This document shows positions 12,816-26,690 of a stretch of 64,000 bases of DNA, one piece after another; within the stretch, counting starts at the first letter, position 1; each line of letters starts with the position of its first letter. The stretch is taken from positions 8,874,001-8,938,000 of the forward strand of contig CM082591.2 in assembly GCA_040954595.2 (NCBI GenBank). The letters are read 5' to 3'. Under the pieces are notes generated by a model. It saw only the letters and a list, made by a program, of their open reading frames with translations. It had not been told where the DNA came from and ran no database searches. This DNA is from Balanoglossus misakiensis (taxonomy: Eukaryota > Animalia > Hemichordata). A program made the translations under genes and the position numbers.

Positions 12816-14130
12816 TTAAGCAACAACTACGTGTATTGTATGAGTGTAGACTATGCGTGTGTGAGTGTACCTATGAAACGTGCACACTGATGACTATTAA
12901 AATTTTGGGTCAGATTTCCTAATGTGCACATTACGTCAGATTTGCTTGGTACAAAATGTACTCTCATGAAGTCAGTTTTAAAGTCCCAATAGGTGCCAAT
13001 GTTGATTCATTTTCATGATTTTAGTTTTGAACTTAATATGATACAATTAAGTTAGTTAACCGGTGGGTGTAAACAAACAACGTATCAGCCTCCGATTATG
13101 GCTGTGCATTAAAATATGAATAAGTTAAATAATACACGAGTGTAACACACGTTTATTAAACTGCCCAACTATTAGCTATAGTCATATGTACACATGGGTA
13201 TTAAAATCACCAAAAGTCAAAATAGTGCAATTTGTCGACAACGGATAAGGATTAAAATGAAGTATTTTATGAAATACAAATATGGAAAAAGTGGAAGCTT
13301 TATAGTTGTCAGGGGAATTCATAATGCCAAGTGCTTGGTTTTAGGTTGGCATCGCTCTGTTTAGTGGTGTCATCACGTGACATGTCGTACAAACCATATG
13401 TAGATGTGTCTAGATCTCTTTCAAATACCCCTTTCATTTATTTACATAAATGACGTCCCATAGTTCTGACACGTCATCGAGATACCTTACTCTGCATCAG
13501 TAGGAATAAAAGAATACATTTGGAACAATTACTGAGAGGAAATAGCAAGGTAGAGATAAATACGATTAAATAATTATAAACCGGTCCGAAACATATGGCA
13601 GGGGTAGATGTAATTGGAAAAGTAATGAAAAAAGAAGAATATGATTTTGCTGCGCTTTGTGAAGACACCTTTACAAATTGAAACCAATTTAAAGAATCAT
13701 TGGGGAAAAATTTACGATAGATGAATCGAAGCATGTGAAATAATTTGATGATAAATTTCACGGAACACTGCGACATATGTAACAATGAAAGCAAAGTGTT
13801 ACAATGTAGAACTGCATTTCGATCACGTAAATGCTCAAAGGCGCAATATTCCAACTTTAAGTAGCTATGGAAACATGACCTAACCTCCTAATCCGATAAA
13901 TTATACCCGTGAAAAGAGCTGTCATAAGGACATAGCTTGCCATTTGAATGGTGCGGTCCTGATCGACCGTTTGAATTTGGAATTGCTACAGAGAGAGTAC
14001 GCTGCTTACAATCAAATGTTAAAATATTGTTATGTGAAGGTGTTAGAAATATTAATCCTTCTATCAATACCTAACAATATCCTAAAACCTATGCTATGCT
14101 ATGTTTCTATTCTGTCACGATCAACATTAC

Positions 14131-14312
14131 CTGAGGTGCGTCAAAGGTAGACCTTGTACTTTTAGGGATTATGTACTCATCACAAAAGCTCAGCTTATTT
14201 AATACCCACTGGCGCTTCTCTAATTGGCCAGCACTACTTCCGCTTTTTGGGCCACGGCGATGCCTGGCGTACATTGTACGCAAATTCTTCATTTTCTTGT
14301 ACACACTTGGTA
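14131..14312 (-). CDS. MADF domain exon 2
   Basis: aag acceptor, phase compatible. Translates (V)PSVYKKMKNLRTMYARHRRGPKSGSSAGQLEKRQWVLNKLSF, a typical MADF C-terminal half. gtaatg donor. Confidence 0.82.
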
Positions 14313-14732
14313 CTTAAATGAGAAACATTGTACAAATATATAAGTGTTACAACACAAGTTTGGATAAATTTGTTTAAATTAGCCATCAAGTCATTGGTCA
14401 TATTAGCAGTAGTTTAACTATGACACAATTCCTTTCCAAATTTTACCAGAAGAAAACTGATACAATAATTTTATTAAATGAATCATCTTTGATGAACTGT
14501 GGCTGATTTTTAATTTTCAAATGGGATGTAAACCTGTCAAGGTATAAGAAACTTAAATAATATTAATGAAATAAGCTGATGATTTGAATTATTTGTACAT
14601 TAAGATATACTGGAAATATTAGATACAGCCACTATGATTATATAATATTTATTCATTGTTACCTACTATAATTATACTATTAAAATTTTGTTCATTGTTA
14701 TCTCTAGGAAATAAACCTTTAAACTTATTCAC

Positions 14733-14883
14733 CTGACTTGTCAAGACTGACAGATATCTCTGTTATTAGTTTTTCCCTAATAACTCTGTCCTTATACTCT
14801 TCATGAGACACATCCCATAAGGGCCGACATTCCCTATACTTCTCGATAAGCTGATCAACCTGATCATCTGACCAAGTATCCAT
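14733..14883 (-). CDS. MADF (Myb/SANT-like) domain exon 1, Harbinger-type DNA-binding protein
   Basis: MDTWSDDQVDQLIEKYRECRPLWDVSHEEYKDR matches the LI..Y...P.LWD....YKD MADF pattern. gtgaat donor, phase 1. Confidence 0.85.
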
Positions 14884-17108
14884 CTTGTACAAAGCTATTA
14901 AACAAAAAACAACACGCTTAAAATGAAATTCAACTACATAACTACCACTATCACCTTTCAAACTGCTATATTGCATTATATCTATGGATTCGACATCATG
15001 GCACAGAACTAGTATTTTTCTGAAAATCTGTCATTTATAGTTGTGGAAAGAACTTTGCATAACAATTGCCCTACTGGCTACGAGAAACAGTCCGTTGTAA
15101 TATGTGAGCAAAACTATGGAGACAATTACCACCACCATCACTGTTTACGGTACATAGACTAGCCCACTAGACACTTAACCTGCACAGACTGCAGACCCAA
15201 ACTGACAATGTTAATTCCAGTTATACACTATACTACTATAATTTCTAGCGAAGAACACATTTCTAGCTTGCGTTATCCAGAAATAATAAGCCTCCACAAA
15301 AAAAATCTTCCTACTCACAGCTGGCTGGCCAGGTCAAGAGATCAACCAACTTGTCAATCCTCGTAACCATTTTGCGAAACTTATATATTTTTGTCATAAC
15401 AACACTGAAAAGACCACTCATTTTACTTTTATTTGATCAAACTTGAGCTCATAATAAAATACTCAAAAAATAGTGGATAATATATGCGATATAAAAAAAT
15501 ACTTACCAATATTCGCGACTATTTCTCCGGACGACAATTTGTTTCCTGGTTCAGAAAATGTCTCTGCGCATGTGCAGATGTCAAAGGTTATTGGGGAAAA
15601 CTGGTAACGCGGGGCAACCGCTTGCACGTCAGGCAACTCGTCGCCCGAAAATCCGACATGACGGATTTCGAGGCGACGTCGCCAGACGCGTTCCATTGAG
15701 GCGACTACATCATACACACGAGGCAACTCGGTAGGCAACTCGGGTTGCGCGTCGAGTTGCCTACCGAGTTGCCTGCCGAGTTGCCTCGTGTAACTCGGCC
15801 TTTACAGGTATCGAAATGGGCACATGGGTTTATGGGATGACAAATACTGCGACGTCAAACCAAAGGGCTTCGTCTGTGGAATTCCAGGTGCGCGGTGAAT
15901 ATAGTCATCAAATTAAAAATACACAAAGTTGGAACTCATGTTGTGACTTTATTGTTACATGGAGGCTAACGGATCGACATTTTGCTTACACTAGAGACCA
16001 CATAATAACAAGGGGAATTTGCATGATTTTTAATTTTTGAGTTTTCACTGAGTCCATATTGTTTTTATTTTTCGTCTTTCCAGATACGTACTGCTTAAGT
16101 CTTCAAATCAGAGGATAAATGTAAACATGATATAGCCAGCACCAAGGCAATGACATGACGGTGATGATGTAATAGAAAGACAAATCCATTCTCGATCTAG
16201 TACTGTTCATGATTCAACAATGAGTTCATTAAAATGTGCATGGCCGCCCGTAGTTATACAAATTAATACTTTTGCGCTGTTTGCTTAGTTGAGATGCATT
16301 GTGATCAACCCAATTGCTTACTCTTTATTGTGTGTATTTAAAGGGCCAGCGCCATGCCCATACCCACAACACGTAAAATCACTCTTTCGATGGTGAAGTC
16401 GACGTCTGTTGCCGTCTAGAATTCCACATCGCCTAATACGGTTTAATAATTTTCAAGCAAAACTGCCGCGTGGGCGTGTACCTCAAAGCCAGTCCAGTCG
16501 TCATTTATCGCTCTTCTGAATTTCAAGCGACAGCTTATCTTAATTAATAGAATCATGAATTTGACTTGCATGTTCTGTTTAGCGTTTGTCTCACTACAGG
16601 CGACAAGGCTGCCAAGTGCGCATGCGTCATTCTCAGGCTTTGTCATAACCTTTCCGGCTACTTTGTGAACTTGGCAATATGGCTCCCTAAACTGCAAAGT
16701 CCAGTACATTGATTTTTCGACGCTTGGGGAGACTTATCAAGCAACATGTATGAAAATTCACTTTTATAGAAGAAAGGGCAACAAGAGTGTTGTCCTTACA
16801 TTGTACGGCAGTACCCACGTCACAAGAAAACATTTGTATTTTAATTCTCGATACCTTAGAATTTGTCTTTGTGCTAGGGGTGTCCTCTTATAAAACGGCA
16901 ACGGGCCACTCTCGTCCTTTTCAGGAATAGCCAAGAATAAGCAAAGGTAAAGACGGCGCCACATTCTACATCTGATTTTAATCTGATTGATGTCAACGGT
17001 TACCGGACTGGTATATCCACATGGGCTGTCGACTAAAGGGTCGAGTAAACATTAAAAACCAAATATTGCGGGTGACCATTCACTGGTTATGGCATTTTTT
17101 ATTTCTTT

Positions 17109-17210
17109 AGGGGCGGTTCAGTTTTTACGGTTGGAAGTGGGGGGGGGGGTCGGCAAGTTTGTGTCATCGGTTTTCAAAATCAAGCAGAACCCCCTTTCAC
17201 CCAGGACCAA
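17109..17210. mobile_element. End fragment of the poly-G Harbinger-type MITE family
   Basis: Matches the termini of the 26691-27514 and 55803-56907 elements (ttcagtttttacgg...tttgtgtcatcggttttcaaaatca). Confidence 0.7.
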
Positions 17211-17239
17211 CGGGCAAAAAATACGAAGACCCCCGGAAA

Positions 17240-18064
17240 ACATCACACAGCCACTTGTGGAGTGAAAAAGCTTGTTGTCAAATACACCTAGCCGGAAGAG
17301 ACTCGTCCATGAGAGGATTCAAAATTGGACCAGTGAACCTGAAGTTAGAGAGCACTGCCTTTCGAGAAAATATATATGTTGGCCCAATAGGAGACACCAT
17401 GCTGCTGGGAATAGACCAACTTCGATCCAAGCAGGTCATCCTCGACATGAGAGAAAACTTCCTCCAGGTGGGAGAACAGCATGTCCCGTTGCTGCAAGGG
17501 GACCAGACCACTGTGGCACGTGGCTAACATATCAGTCGCTCCATGCACTATCCTGTCTCCGAACTCCGTGACCAGGGTGACAGGGACAATCGACATGGAC
17601 ATGCCTGACTAAATAGTGGAACCAGTGAAACTAGGTGACGTCATTATGCCCCGGACATTCTGTAAAAAGGGGCAGCCCCCAATCATCTGTTTAGTAAACC
17701 TGACCGTCACCATACCGCCGGGAACAGTAGTGGCAACAGCAGTCGGAGGAAAGCTTCTTCGGACATTAACCAAAGACATTGAAAATAAAAATTATACCAC
17801 ACCTTACTGTTACAGGATAATTGTGGTTATTCTCTCATCCTGAGGTCACTGCCCCTAAAGGGTGGGGATCCTGATCCGCAGGACAAAAACCGGGAACAGA
17901 CCTACTGTATCTGCCGTGGGCCGGACACAGGGAAGCTGATGGTCCAGTGTGACAGCTGTTACGACTGGTTCCACAGCACATGCGTCAATCTCACCCAAAA
18001 GCAGGTCAACTCGACTGATCCCTTCCACTGTCCGAACTGCGAGGGGGAGGGGATCGACGATTAA
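17240..18064 (+). pseudogene. Deleted Gypsy-like pol remnant: protease C-half and C-terminal PHD finger
   Basis: IYVGPIGDTMLLGIDQL is a retropepsin C-terminal motif. 17903-18040 translates YCICRGPDTGKLMVQCDSCYDWFHSTCVNLTQKQVNSTDPFHCPNC, a complete C4HC3 PHD finger that is not in the ORF track. Confidence 0.85.
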
Positions 18065-18169
18065 GGGAACACAGGGAAAAGGGGAAAATGCCATCGGGTA
18101 GGGCTATGACTCGTCACAGGCGAGGACCCACTAACCGTTAATTTTCTTTCTTTTCTTTTTGTCTCCAGA

Positions 18170-21100
18170 ATGGATTCCAGACAACTCGAATTAGAGGAGA
18201 TTCGCTATCGCTGCGGCCGAGGGAAACTGTTGGACCCCATCAGTGTCATCCCCCGACTGAGGCAACTTGGTGTAGACGAGGATACAATGTTCCTGATGCT
18301 CCGTGAGAACTGTCAAGTAGCCACGGTTCTAGGCGACATAGGATGGATGTCCACGGTATGGGAGGAGGCCATGCATGTATACGGGAAGGAAAAGACCGAA
18401 GCCAACCTGCCCGTACCATCCGACGCAGCCATAAAAACCCGCACACTACCTCGGGAGTTCAATCCAGGCCACGCACGTGGGGGATTCGTTGGCCATATCT
18501 CCCCGCAAGAGCCCACAAGAACCACCACCGCAGCTGACGACCTGGAGGAAACTTTGAGCACCTTCCGGGATCCGCAGCTGGAATAACAGGTACTCGGTGG
18601 CGACAAGGACCAGGCGATGGAGGTGTCGGAAGGGCCAGACCCACCCCGCACCCGTGTATCACCCTCAATAGTCAGGTGGAGATTTGAGAAATTGTGACCC
18701 CCTCTGGCACTTTTTGGTACAAGCAAACCAAATATGTTTTTTGGTCAATTCGACTACGCTGATTTCGAAAATGCCTGTTCCCAAAAGATCTTTTTGAGAT
18801 AAGAGCCTCGTTTTGGCAAATCAAATATGGCCGCCAAGGATCGCAATTCTCACATGAATAGCATCAAAGAAATGTTCACGTACCTCCTTAAACAATGAAA
18901 CTAAACTACATGTTTACATCAACAACTTTTTTTGGTTGTATAAACACAAAATAGCAACAATAAAACAATAATTATGCAAAAATTTACATATTGTATGAAT
19001 AATTCATTGATTTTTGGCTACCAAATAATAATAAAGCTAGGTGTAACAGTACATGTACTGAAAACTCACAAGCATTGGAAAAAATTACCTTTTCTTTATT
19101 TTAATAAAGGACTTAAACCTTGTTCAAAACAATACTTCAAGTGTGAAGTTCATTTTGAGATAAGAGCCTCGATGTGGCAATTCAATATGGCCGTCTAAAG
19201 CCCTGTAGTGGAGCGGCCAAACCCTAATTTTCATAGCGATTGTGCATTTTGTGGTAAAAGCACCAAACTTGGCTCAAATGTGTGTTAATGTGTACTAAAC
19301 AAATTCAGATAGGGAGCCACTAAATATCTGTTGATGAGTTTCCATGGCAACCAATTTTTCAAAATGGCCACCAATACAGATAATTTCACCCACCAAAAAA
19401 CATCTGTAAACACCAAAATAAATTTAGATTACTATATTTGATACAAGGAACTGTGGAAAGAATGATTTGCAAAGATATTATGGTTACTAAACTACTTATA
19501 GGGGTAAGTAAGTTATCAAAACACAATTTAAAGGCACAACTTTTAATCCCTTTCGGATTAATAGGTGCTCTTCTGGAAGTCAAACCATACTGTCTATGGT
19601 CAAACATTAGGCTAATTGCGATATTTAACTTGCAGTACGTAAATTACACATATGAATCACAACAGTTTACCACCTTAGCTAATGATAATCATATAAACAG
19701 ATCACCGATATATTCGAATTGCACACAGATGTGGGCTTGGCTTACTCGTGACTGGTAAAATTTCCTTATCAACTGGATAGGAGAGTCCACTGCCCGAAAT
19801 AGACGTTGATCCAAACTGAGTCCGCGGTCGTCACGTTTATTGGTCGACAGACATACACATAGGGCCTCAAACACAATGCAATCTAAATGGACCCCGGGTA
19901 ACGAACCACGCGGCTTTGTTTCGACCACAATCGCCACCGCAGCGTTGACAACGTTTTTTCGGGACGTTAATGTTTGTCAAAATGCCATAGGAAATTAAAG
20001 AAACTTAAGTCAAATTGCTGAAACGTTAATAATCGACCACATGTCTTGATACTTTAGATCATGTATCAGTTCCACTCCAGCAATTTTGGCGACTGTTAAC
20101 AGAGTTGACCAAAAGATAAATGGTGTCTATGATTCCAAACTCATAAAAATTACACCGGAGGACACAACATTATTTTATTTGTCGAGAATAGTGTCCATCA
20201 TGCCATAAATATTGTCAAAAATGTGTGTTAATTATAAAAACCCAACTAAATATACAAGCAGTTGGCCTTTAGATTGGTAAATGGAAAACAGGTCTTATTG
20301 CAATTTTCTGGGATTAGGTGCCCCAATGCTCCCAACAAGTCACTTGGAATGTACTTCCATTCTAATATCTCAATGTGTAAAGATCTGACTTTGCAAGAGA
20401 TATTACGGAAAACTTCATTTCATTTAATAGCATGAAGTAAGCGAAATCTTACTCTTTACAGAAAAGCTGTGATCCTGAAGACTTTTGGTGTTTTGAAGCT
20501 TATTTTCACTTTATCATTTTATTCTTTGATTTTGGGGATTCAAAAATACACAAAATAACATGTCAAAATAGAACTGCTGACTATCATCAAGGTGCGATTA
20601 AAATTATCGATAGCATGAGCAATACAAAGCACTTCAAGCGACTTCATCAAAACGCTTTCCGAAGGACAAGTATTGGATGAAAAGTTTGAAACAGATTTTG
20701 ATTTTGATTCCTAACATCTATCTATGTACATGCACCCTAGACATAGTTAGTTTCTATAGTAACTTTAACAAACCAATCGACTGTCATGATACTGGCTTTC
20801 TGCCACCATTTTATGGGGAAGTGATTCTTTATTTGCATGAATCATTTGATGAAGATAAAATAGAAAAGCTGGATTCTGCACTGATTCAAACTGGTCAGAT
20901 CAATTTATAAGGTTGAGAAACAAGATGCGGTTTTTTCCTGGGTTGACTGAATTTGGAATTTTGTTCATCAAAGATATTTTTATGGGGAAAATAACGAATC
21001 AACTGAGCTTTACTTGTTAAACTTTTATCACAAAATGCCCAAATGTTACGAAAATTGTGTTTATGCCAGGCCACTATTATAATATATATATGGTTATACA

Positions 21101-23648
21101 GTGTTTTAACTAAGTTTGTTATAACCGGGGTTATTACCAAACTTGAATTTCTTTAGCGAGTGAATCTCGATCCTATATTTACCCCTATAACTAGTTTAGT
21201 GATGATATATATTTTGAAAATTACTCTTTGAGCAGTTTCTTGTTTCAAATATTGTAATATGAATTTATTGTGGTGTTTTATAATTGTTATTTTGTGGGTG
21301 AGATTATCTGTATTGGCGGCCATTTTGAAAAAAATGAAAAAATGGTTGCCATGGAAACTCATCAACAGATATTGTGGCTCGCTATCTGAATTTGTTTAGT
21401 ACACATTAACGCACATCTGAGCCAAGTACGACACCCAAGTGGATTAAACATACATGTATATATGTTGCCTCACTGACACAATCTTCACTTTGCACACAGT
21501 ATCATATATAAAAACGTAATAAAAATACACATTACTCTTTACTTATGAAGATAAATTGTTGTTAGAGACCGGGTTCCAAAAAAACACCGAGGACGTCGGG
21601 CCATCAGTGTGCATTCAACGTCTTATAACTAAGCATGAATATACGGTGCTGGCATAATGTGAGTGTGGCCATACGATGCTTTCGCTATTAATGAACAACT
21701 TGTACGTTAACAAATGCCAGTTTTGTTGGCAAAAAGTATGTTTTTGGCTTTTCACAACATTGAACATACATTCATAGTTCAATAACTTGTGAATTGTGGA
21801 CCTAAACGTTCATACGTTCAATGTTCTGGTGTTTTTTAACGGAGCGATCGGTCACGATGTTACCAACGAGCATGTACAGTCTAAACTAAATCCTCGTTGT
21901 GTATGTTTATTTGTTGGTTTTTGTTGTTTTTTACATGCTATTACATACAAATATGAAAAGTTTCATTTCAGTTATTCATTAAAATGCAAACATTTGCCAA
22001 AAAACATGTGAATAGACACCTCACAGGCCATAGTCGTATCATTAGCTTTCAGTTGTCAATTTTAGCATGACATCATGACTAATTAAGCTAATTTTGCATA
22101 TTTTCCATGCTGCACCTTGTCTGACAAGGTAAACGATTGCATATTTGAATTCCTTGACCCTGAAAACATTGGAATAGACACCTCACTTAACACCGTTGGC
22201 TCTCTTTTGTAGACCATTGATTTTAGATGGGCGTGTCACCTAATTAACATAAATTAGCATTTTTACCAATTCACCAAATGTTTCTAAATTAAAAAAATTG
22301 TGTAAAAATATTTAAATTATATAAGAATATGATTTCAATAGACTATTATGGTGTTGACCTGTGATATTGCACCATAATGGCTACAAACAGCGTTTTCTTT
22401 TAGGTATTTTGAAATTATGACGTCACAAATTAATTTGCCATTTTCGACATGAAAACGTGAAAAGAATTTTTGGCAACAGGCAAATTCGAAATCAGCGTAT
22501 TCGAAATATCCAAAAACAACTTGTTCCCAGCTTGTACCAAAAAATGCCTGACATGCTTTTAAAAAGCTCATTTTCTGAAATTTCCACCTGACTACAATAG
22601 CAGTAGCGAGAGACGGGGGAAACCAACGGCTGCTGCAGGAGCCATCACCCCCACGCCAAGAAACGCTGCCGCTGCAGTCACTGATCCGGCCATTGGAGCT
22701 GGAGGCGACGTTGGAGGCGGGGGAATATCTAATCCCCTGGGAACTTCGACGCCACCCCGGCAGCCCTACTAGGTCCAGATCCCCAACCCGGTCGCCGCGA
22801 CCGGAGCGTTCTCGAGAGGAAAGGCGGGACCGCCCACCTTCCCGTGAACGACCATCCTTTTCACGCTGGGGAGATCTCAGCCCCAGACGTCGATCACCTA
22901 TCCAGTATCCGACGCCGGAACCGCCCAAAGAAGACGAACGCCGCTGGAGGAGCGCCAGGCCGGCCCGAAGGAGCCCCCCATCCTCTGTTCCACATTACTC
23001 ATCAGGCCCTTCTCCATGTCCGTTCCCGGGATGCCGGAGGTCCACGCGCAAACTGAAGAAACACGCCTTTCAGTGCCACCTTCCAGTTATTTTTACTGAG
23101 AAGCCGGAAGTATTCCGCGAGCGGGACGCGGTGGAGGCGTTAGAGAAACTCACCTATACTGGCTGTGTGGTCCAGGAAATGAAATACCCGACCTGCTAGA
23201 CTTCTTTATCCGCAGGGGCGGACCTGGACGGATCCCTACGGAATCCTTTTGTTCACCGGAGTCCATGGTGATGATGAAGCGCCTGTGCGTCTTCCAGGGG
23301 TGGGAGGTGCCGAACAGGTTCCGACTGAGCTCTCCCACCACACCAGCGATTCTCATCCACTGGCGTGTCCTTAGCATACTGCTGAGGTGGGTATCCCAAT
23401 CACGACAGGAAGAATTCCGGGAAATCCGACCTCACCGGAGAACATCATCAATCCGGACACAGCAACCAGAGAGGACGGGGGCGGAAGCAGTCGCACAGAA
23501 TCCATCGACGCAGGGGGAGCGAGGACGCGCCAGGGGTTTTTGATGCATTCTTTAACCCTCAGTCGTGCGCGGAGGAGTGCCGAGTGGAAGACGCGCCCAC
23601 CACCATAGATGACCTCACTGACTACGATGTTGGTGTCCCCCCCCCGCA
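18170..23648 (+). pseudogene. Extra spliced ORF of the Gypsy-like element, split by the 18669-22594 insertion
   Basis: CTAAC branch point, pyrimidine tract and cag directly precede ATG 18170. The frame runs past one TAA (18584) and joins ORF 22693-23199 in frame once the insertion is removed. Contains an RS/P-rich region and a CPFPGC..H...CH motif. Confidence 0.72.
18669..22594. mobile_element. Non-autonomous Academ-like DNA transposon, 3.9 kb
   Basis: caa|tagtcaggtggagattt...aaatttccacctgacta|caa. TAG/CTA termini, 3-bp TSD and ~120-bp imperfect TIRs. Confidence 0.85.
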
Positions 23649-24093
23649 TGTTTAAAGGTTTCTATAGAAAAGCATTGTTGAGGTTCACAAAACTTTGAAG
23701 AAGCTTTGCAACCCTAACTTTGGCCAAAGATTTGAATGTTAAGGTTTCACAAACGTAGTTACAGCTGAGGTTCAACTAAGACTAGTATAAGAGGCTTCAG
23801 CACGCCAAGTCTTGTAGCAAGCTTCAAGTCGTGCGCGGAGGAGTGCCGAGTGGAAGACGCGCCCACCACCATAGATGACCTCACTGACTACGATGTTGGT
23901 GCCCCCCCCCCCGCATGTTTAAAGGTTTCTATAGAAAAGCATTGTTGAGGTTCACAAAACTTTGAAGAAGCTTTGCAACCCTAACTTTGGCCAAAGATTT
24001 GAATGTTAAGGTTTCACAAACGTAGTTACAGCTGACGTTCAACTAAGACTAGTATAAGAGGCTTCAGCACGCCAAATCTTGTAGCAAGCTTCA
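23561..24093. repeat. 266-bp tandem duplication (23561-23826 and 23827-24093)
   Basis: Two nearly identical copies beginning agtcgtgcgcggaggagtgcc and ending gtagcaagcttca. Confidence 0.95.
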
Positions 24094-26690
24094 ACACAAA
24101 GCTTTTTTGCAACATTGTTCAAAGCGTTGTCAAAGGTACTGCACAATGTGTAGTGCTATATTGTCAGCTAAATGGTTTGAGCCATTTGTCCCTACAACAA
24201 CAACTGTTAAAGACACACAGCTTGAAATTGTAAAATGTTGCAAAATCAAACGATCACATCCTTACACCTATTATTAGAACCAGAAGTTGAGTCAAAATTT
24301 TCCTACCTAGAAATGTTCTTTCCTATGAAGTTTTTTGCTTATTGGCATTCATATGGGAGCCTGGACCTATTCCAGCTGAGTTGCCAAAATGGCAATGTTG
24401 GACAATTCTTCTAATATGCATGATCAAAAATGGCCGCCAAATACCTTCTCTAAAATAAAACTTGGCCCTTTTTTCTCAAAATTATGTGTAATATCTAAAA
24501 CTTCAGGATTTGCATCCATATTGGTTATGTATTGCAAATATGGCAGTGTTTGGCAACTTTTCTAATTTGCATAATCAAAAATGGCCGCCAATCACCACTA
24601 AAAGTGAAATTTTGCCATGTTTCCCAAAATGATGCGCAATATCGTATTTTCAGGATTAGCACATTCATATGGGTACCTTTAACAATACAACTGTGTTGCA
24701 AATTTGGCAGTGTTACCGTACTAATCATGAAGCAAGGAAGTGCAACCTCTGTATCCCAAATACATGTCTATCCCCACTGATAGGAGTCACAAAGAGCCAG
24801 CCCCTCTGCATCATCCTGTTCCTCAATCTCACGATGGGAATCCTTTTCAGAATTCTGACCTCAAAACATCCAGGGATTCACCATCATTCACCACACCCTC
24901 GTCAGTATCCACCATGTTTAGATCCAATGCCTGAACATGTTGTCTCTTTATCTATGGATTGCGTTAAAGGCCAGTGGGAGTTTCATCTCCTTTTTTTGCA
25001 ATTTTGACCATTTTTATCTGGTGCATAATGCTAGAGTACATATCATCCATACAGGATGATGCATGTACAGTGATGGGAAATGTATCAATCCACTCCTGCA
25101 CTAGATTTGCAGACAGTGCCATACCTTTTAGGGCTATTTTCTTGACCCTTTTGATAGTCTGCTGGCCAAAAGTGGCTGGCCAAAGTGGCCAGCAGAGACA
25201 TTCTTCCAATACCCTTCATTGTGCCAAAAGACAAGGCTTGGCATACAACCTGTGTTGCTTGTAAGGCACACATCTCCAATTGGTACATTGGGCCAATTAT
25301 ACTGTACATGTACAGCTAGGAAAAAAATATACTTCATCATAGTTTCCATGGTCAGCAGCTTCAATAACTTGTTGCCTTCTCTTACTGAACATTTAGACTT
25401 ATAAAGAAGTATAACAAGAATAAAGTTGTCCAATTAGTGTTGGCAGGGGGGTGGGGGATGTGTTCTCCCATACAAAGGTGTATAGGTATGTAGTCTTTAA
25501 GAAAAACTTGGGGTAAATGACCAGAAAATTTGACTTATAATACAAATAGGTCGGGTTTTGGGCATTTACACGTGTTGATGTTATCGACTGGGGCGACAGA
25601 CTACCATCCTAAACATTTTGAAGTACCCCCCCCCCCCTTGGGTGCCGGCCAGTGGGATGGAGGTGATAGAAACTGTTGCAGATACAATAGAGGCCTACAA
25701 CCTGAAAACCTTCTGGCTTTAACCGAGGACTTGCCATTAAAGATACCTGTAGGCCCCTATATGCTGCTCCCACATACACTCCCAGTCCTAAACCTTGCAT
25801 CTGATTTGTGGTGCAGATGAAGAATTAAGATTGGCTTGACAATTAGCACACTTAATTGCCTGTTATGAGATATAATACATACAATCATGGGACAAGAATG
25901 GCAAAAGTTAAATTATCCAGCAGGTGTTTGAATTATGCAAATTAGAGCAGTTGTCTAATATTGCCATGTCAACCATGTTGAAATTGTTTTAGGTACCCAT
26001 ATTAATGGAAACCCTGCAAATTCGATATTACACACCATTTAAGACAAATATGGGAAATTAACATGTTAGAGAAATTTGGCGGCGATTTTGGATTATGCAA
26101 ATTAGAACAGTTGTCTAATATTGCCATGTCAAACATGTTGAAATTGTTTTAGGTACCCATGAGAGTTGAATGAAAATGCCATTTGCAATGCAGTTGTCTT
26201 GTTTTGGGTGCCCATATTAAGGCATTCTTGAAAACGAAACATTATTCATCATTTTGACGCAAACAGAAAAGGTGTTCAAATGCAAATTAGAAGAGTTGCC
26301 CAACCCTGCCATATTTGCAATACAGTTGTAGTGACTGTCAACTCGACTACAGACAGTCTCGATGAACACAAGACATGATCCCAATTTGCAAGCTGAGTTG
26401 AAACTGACTGCTGCAGTAACTTAGCTGTGGGAATGTCTTGTGTGATTTAAAACAATGATGACCAAATTTAACACAGTTTCTCTGAGGTAACCATTTAGCT
26501 TTCGTGACTAAGTTTGTTTAAGAATCCTTTATTCTACCCAAGGAACAAATTTCCTTAGAATTTCACAACTGAGACACAGTTTACAGATATACACAAAAAG
26601 TGTGTACTACAAACATAAGAAATTGTTTGCATTTTTTTCTTCTGATGGCAATGCATTTGACTGTAAACAGACATTGACGTCCTTTAGTAA

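Larger units (their letters stand above)
14131..15801 (-). mobile_element. Truncated PIF/Harbinger element (one end plus the MADF accessory gene)
   Basis: Minus-strand terminus taa|aggccgagttacacgaggcaac with subterminal aggcaactcg direct and inverted repeats (15630-15800), upstream of MADF exons. No transposase or second TIR was seen. Confidence 0.75.
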
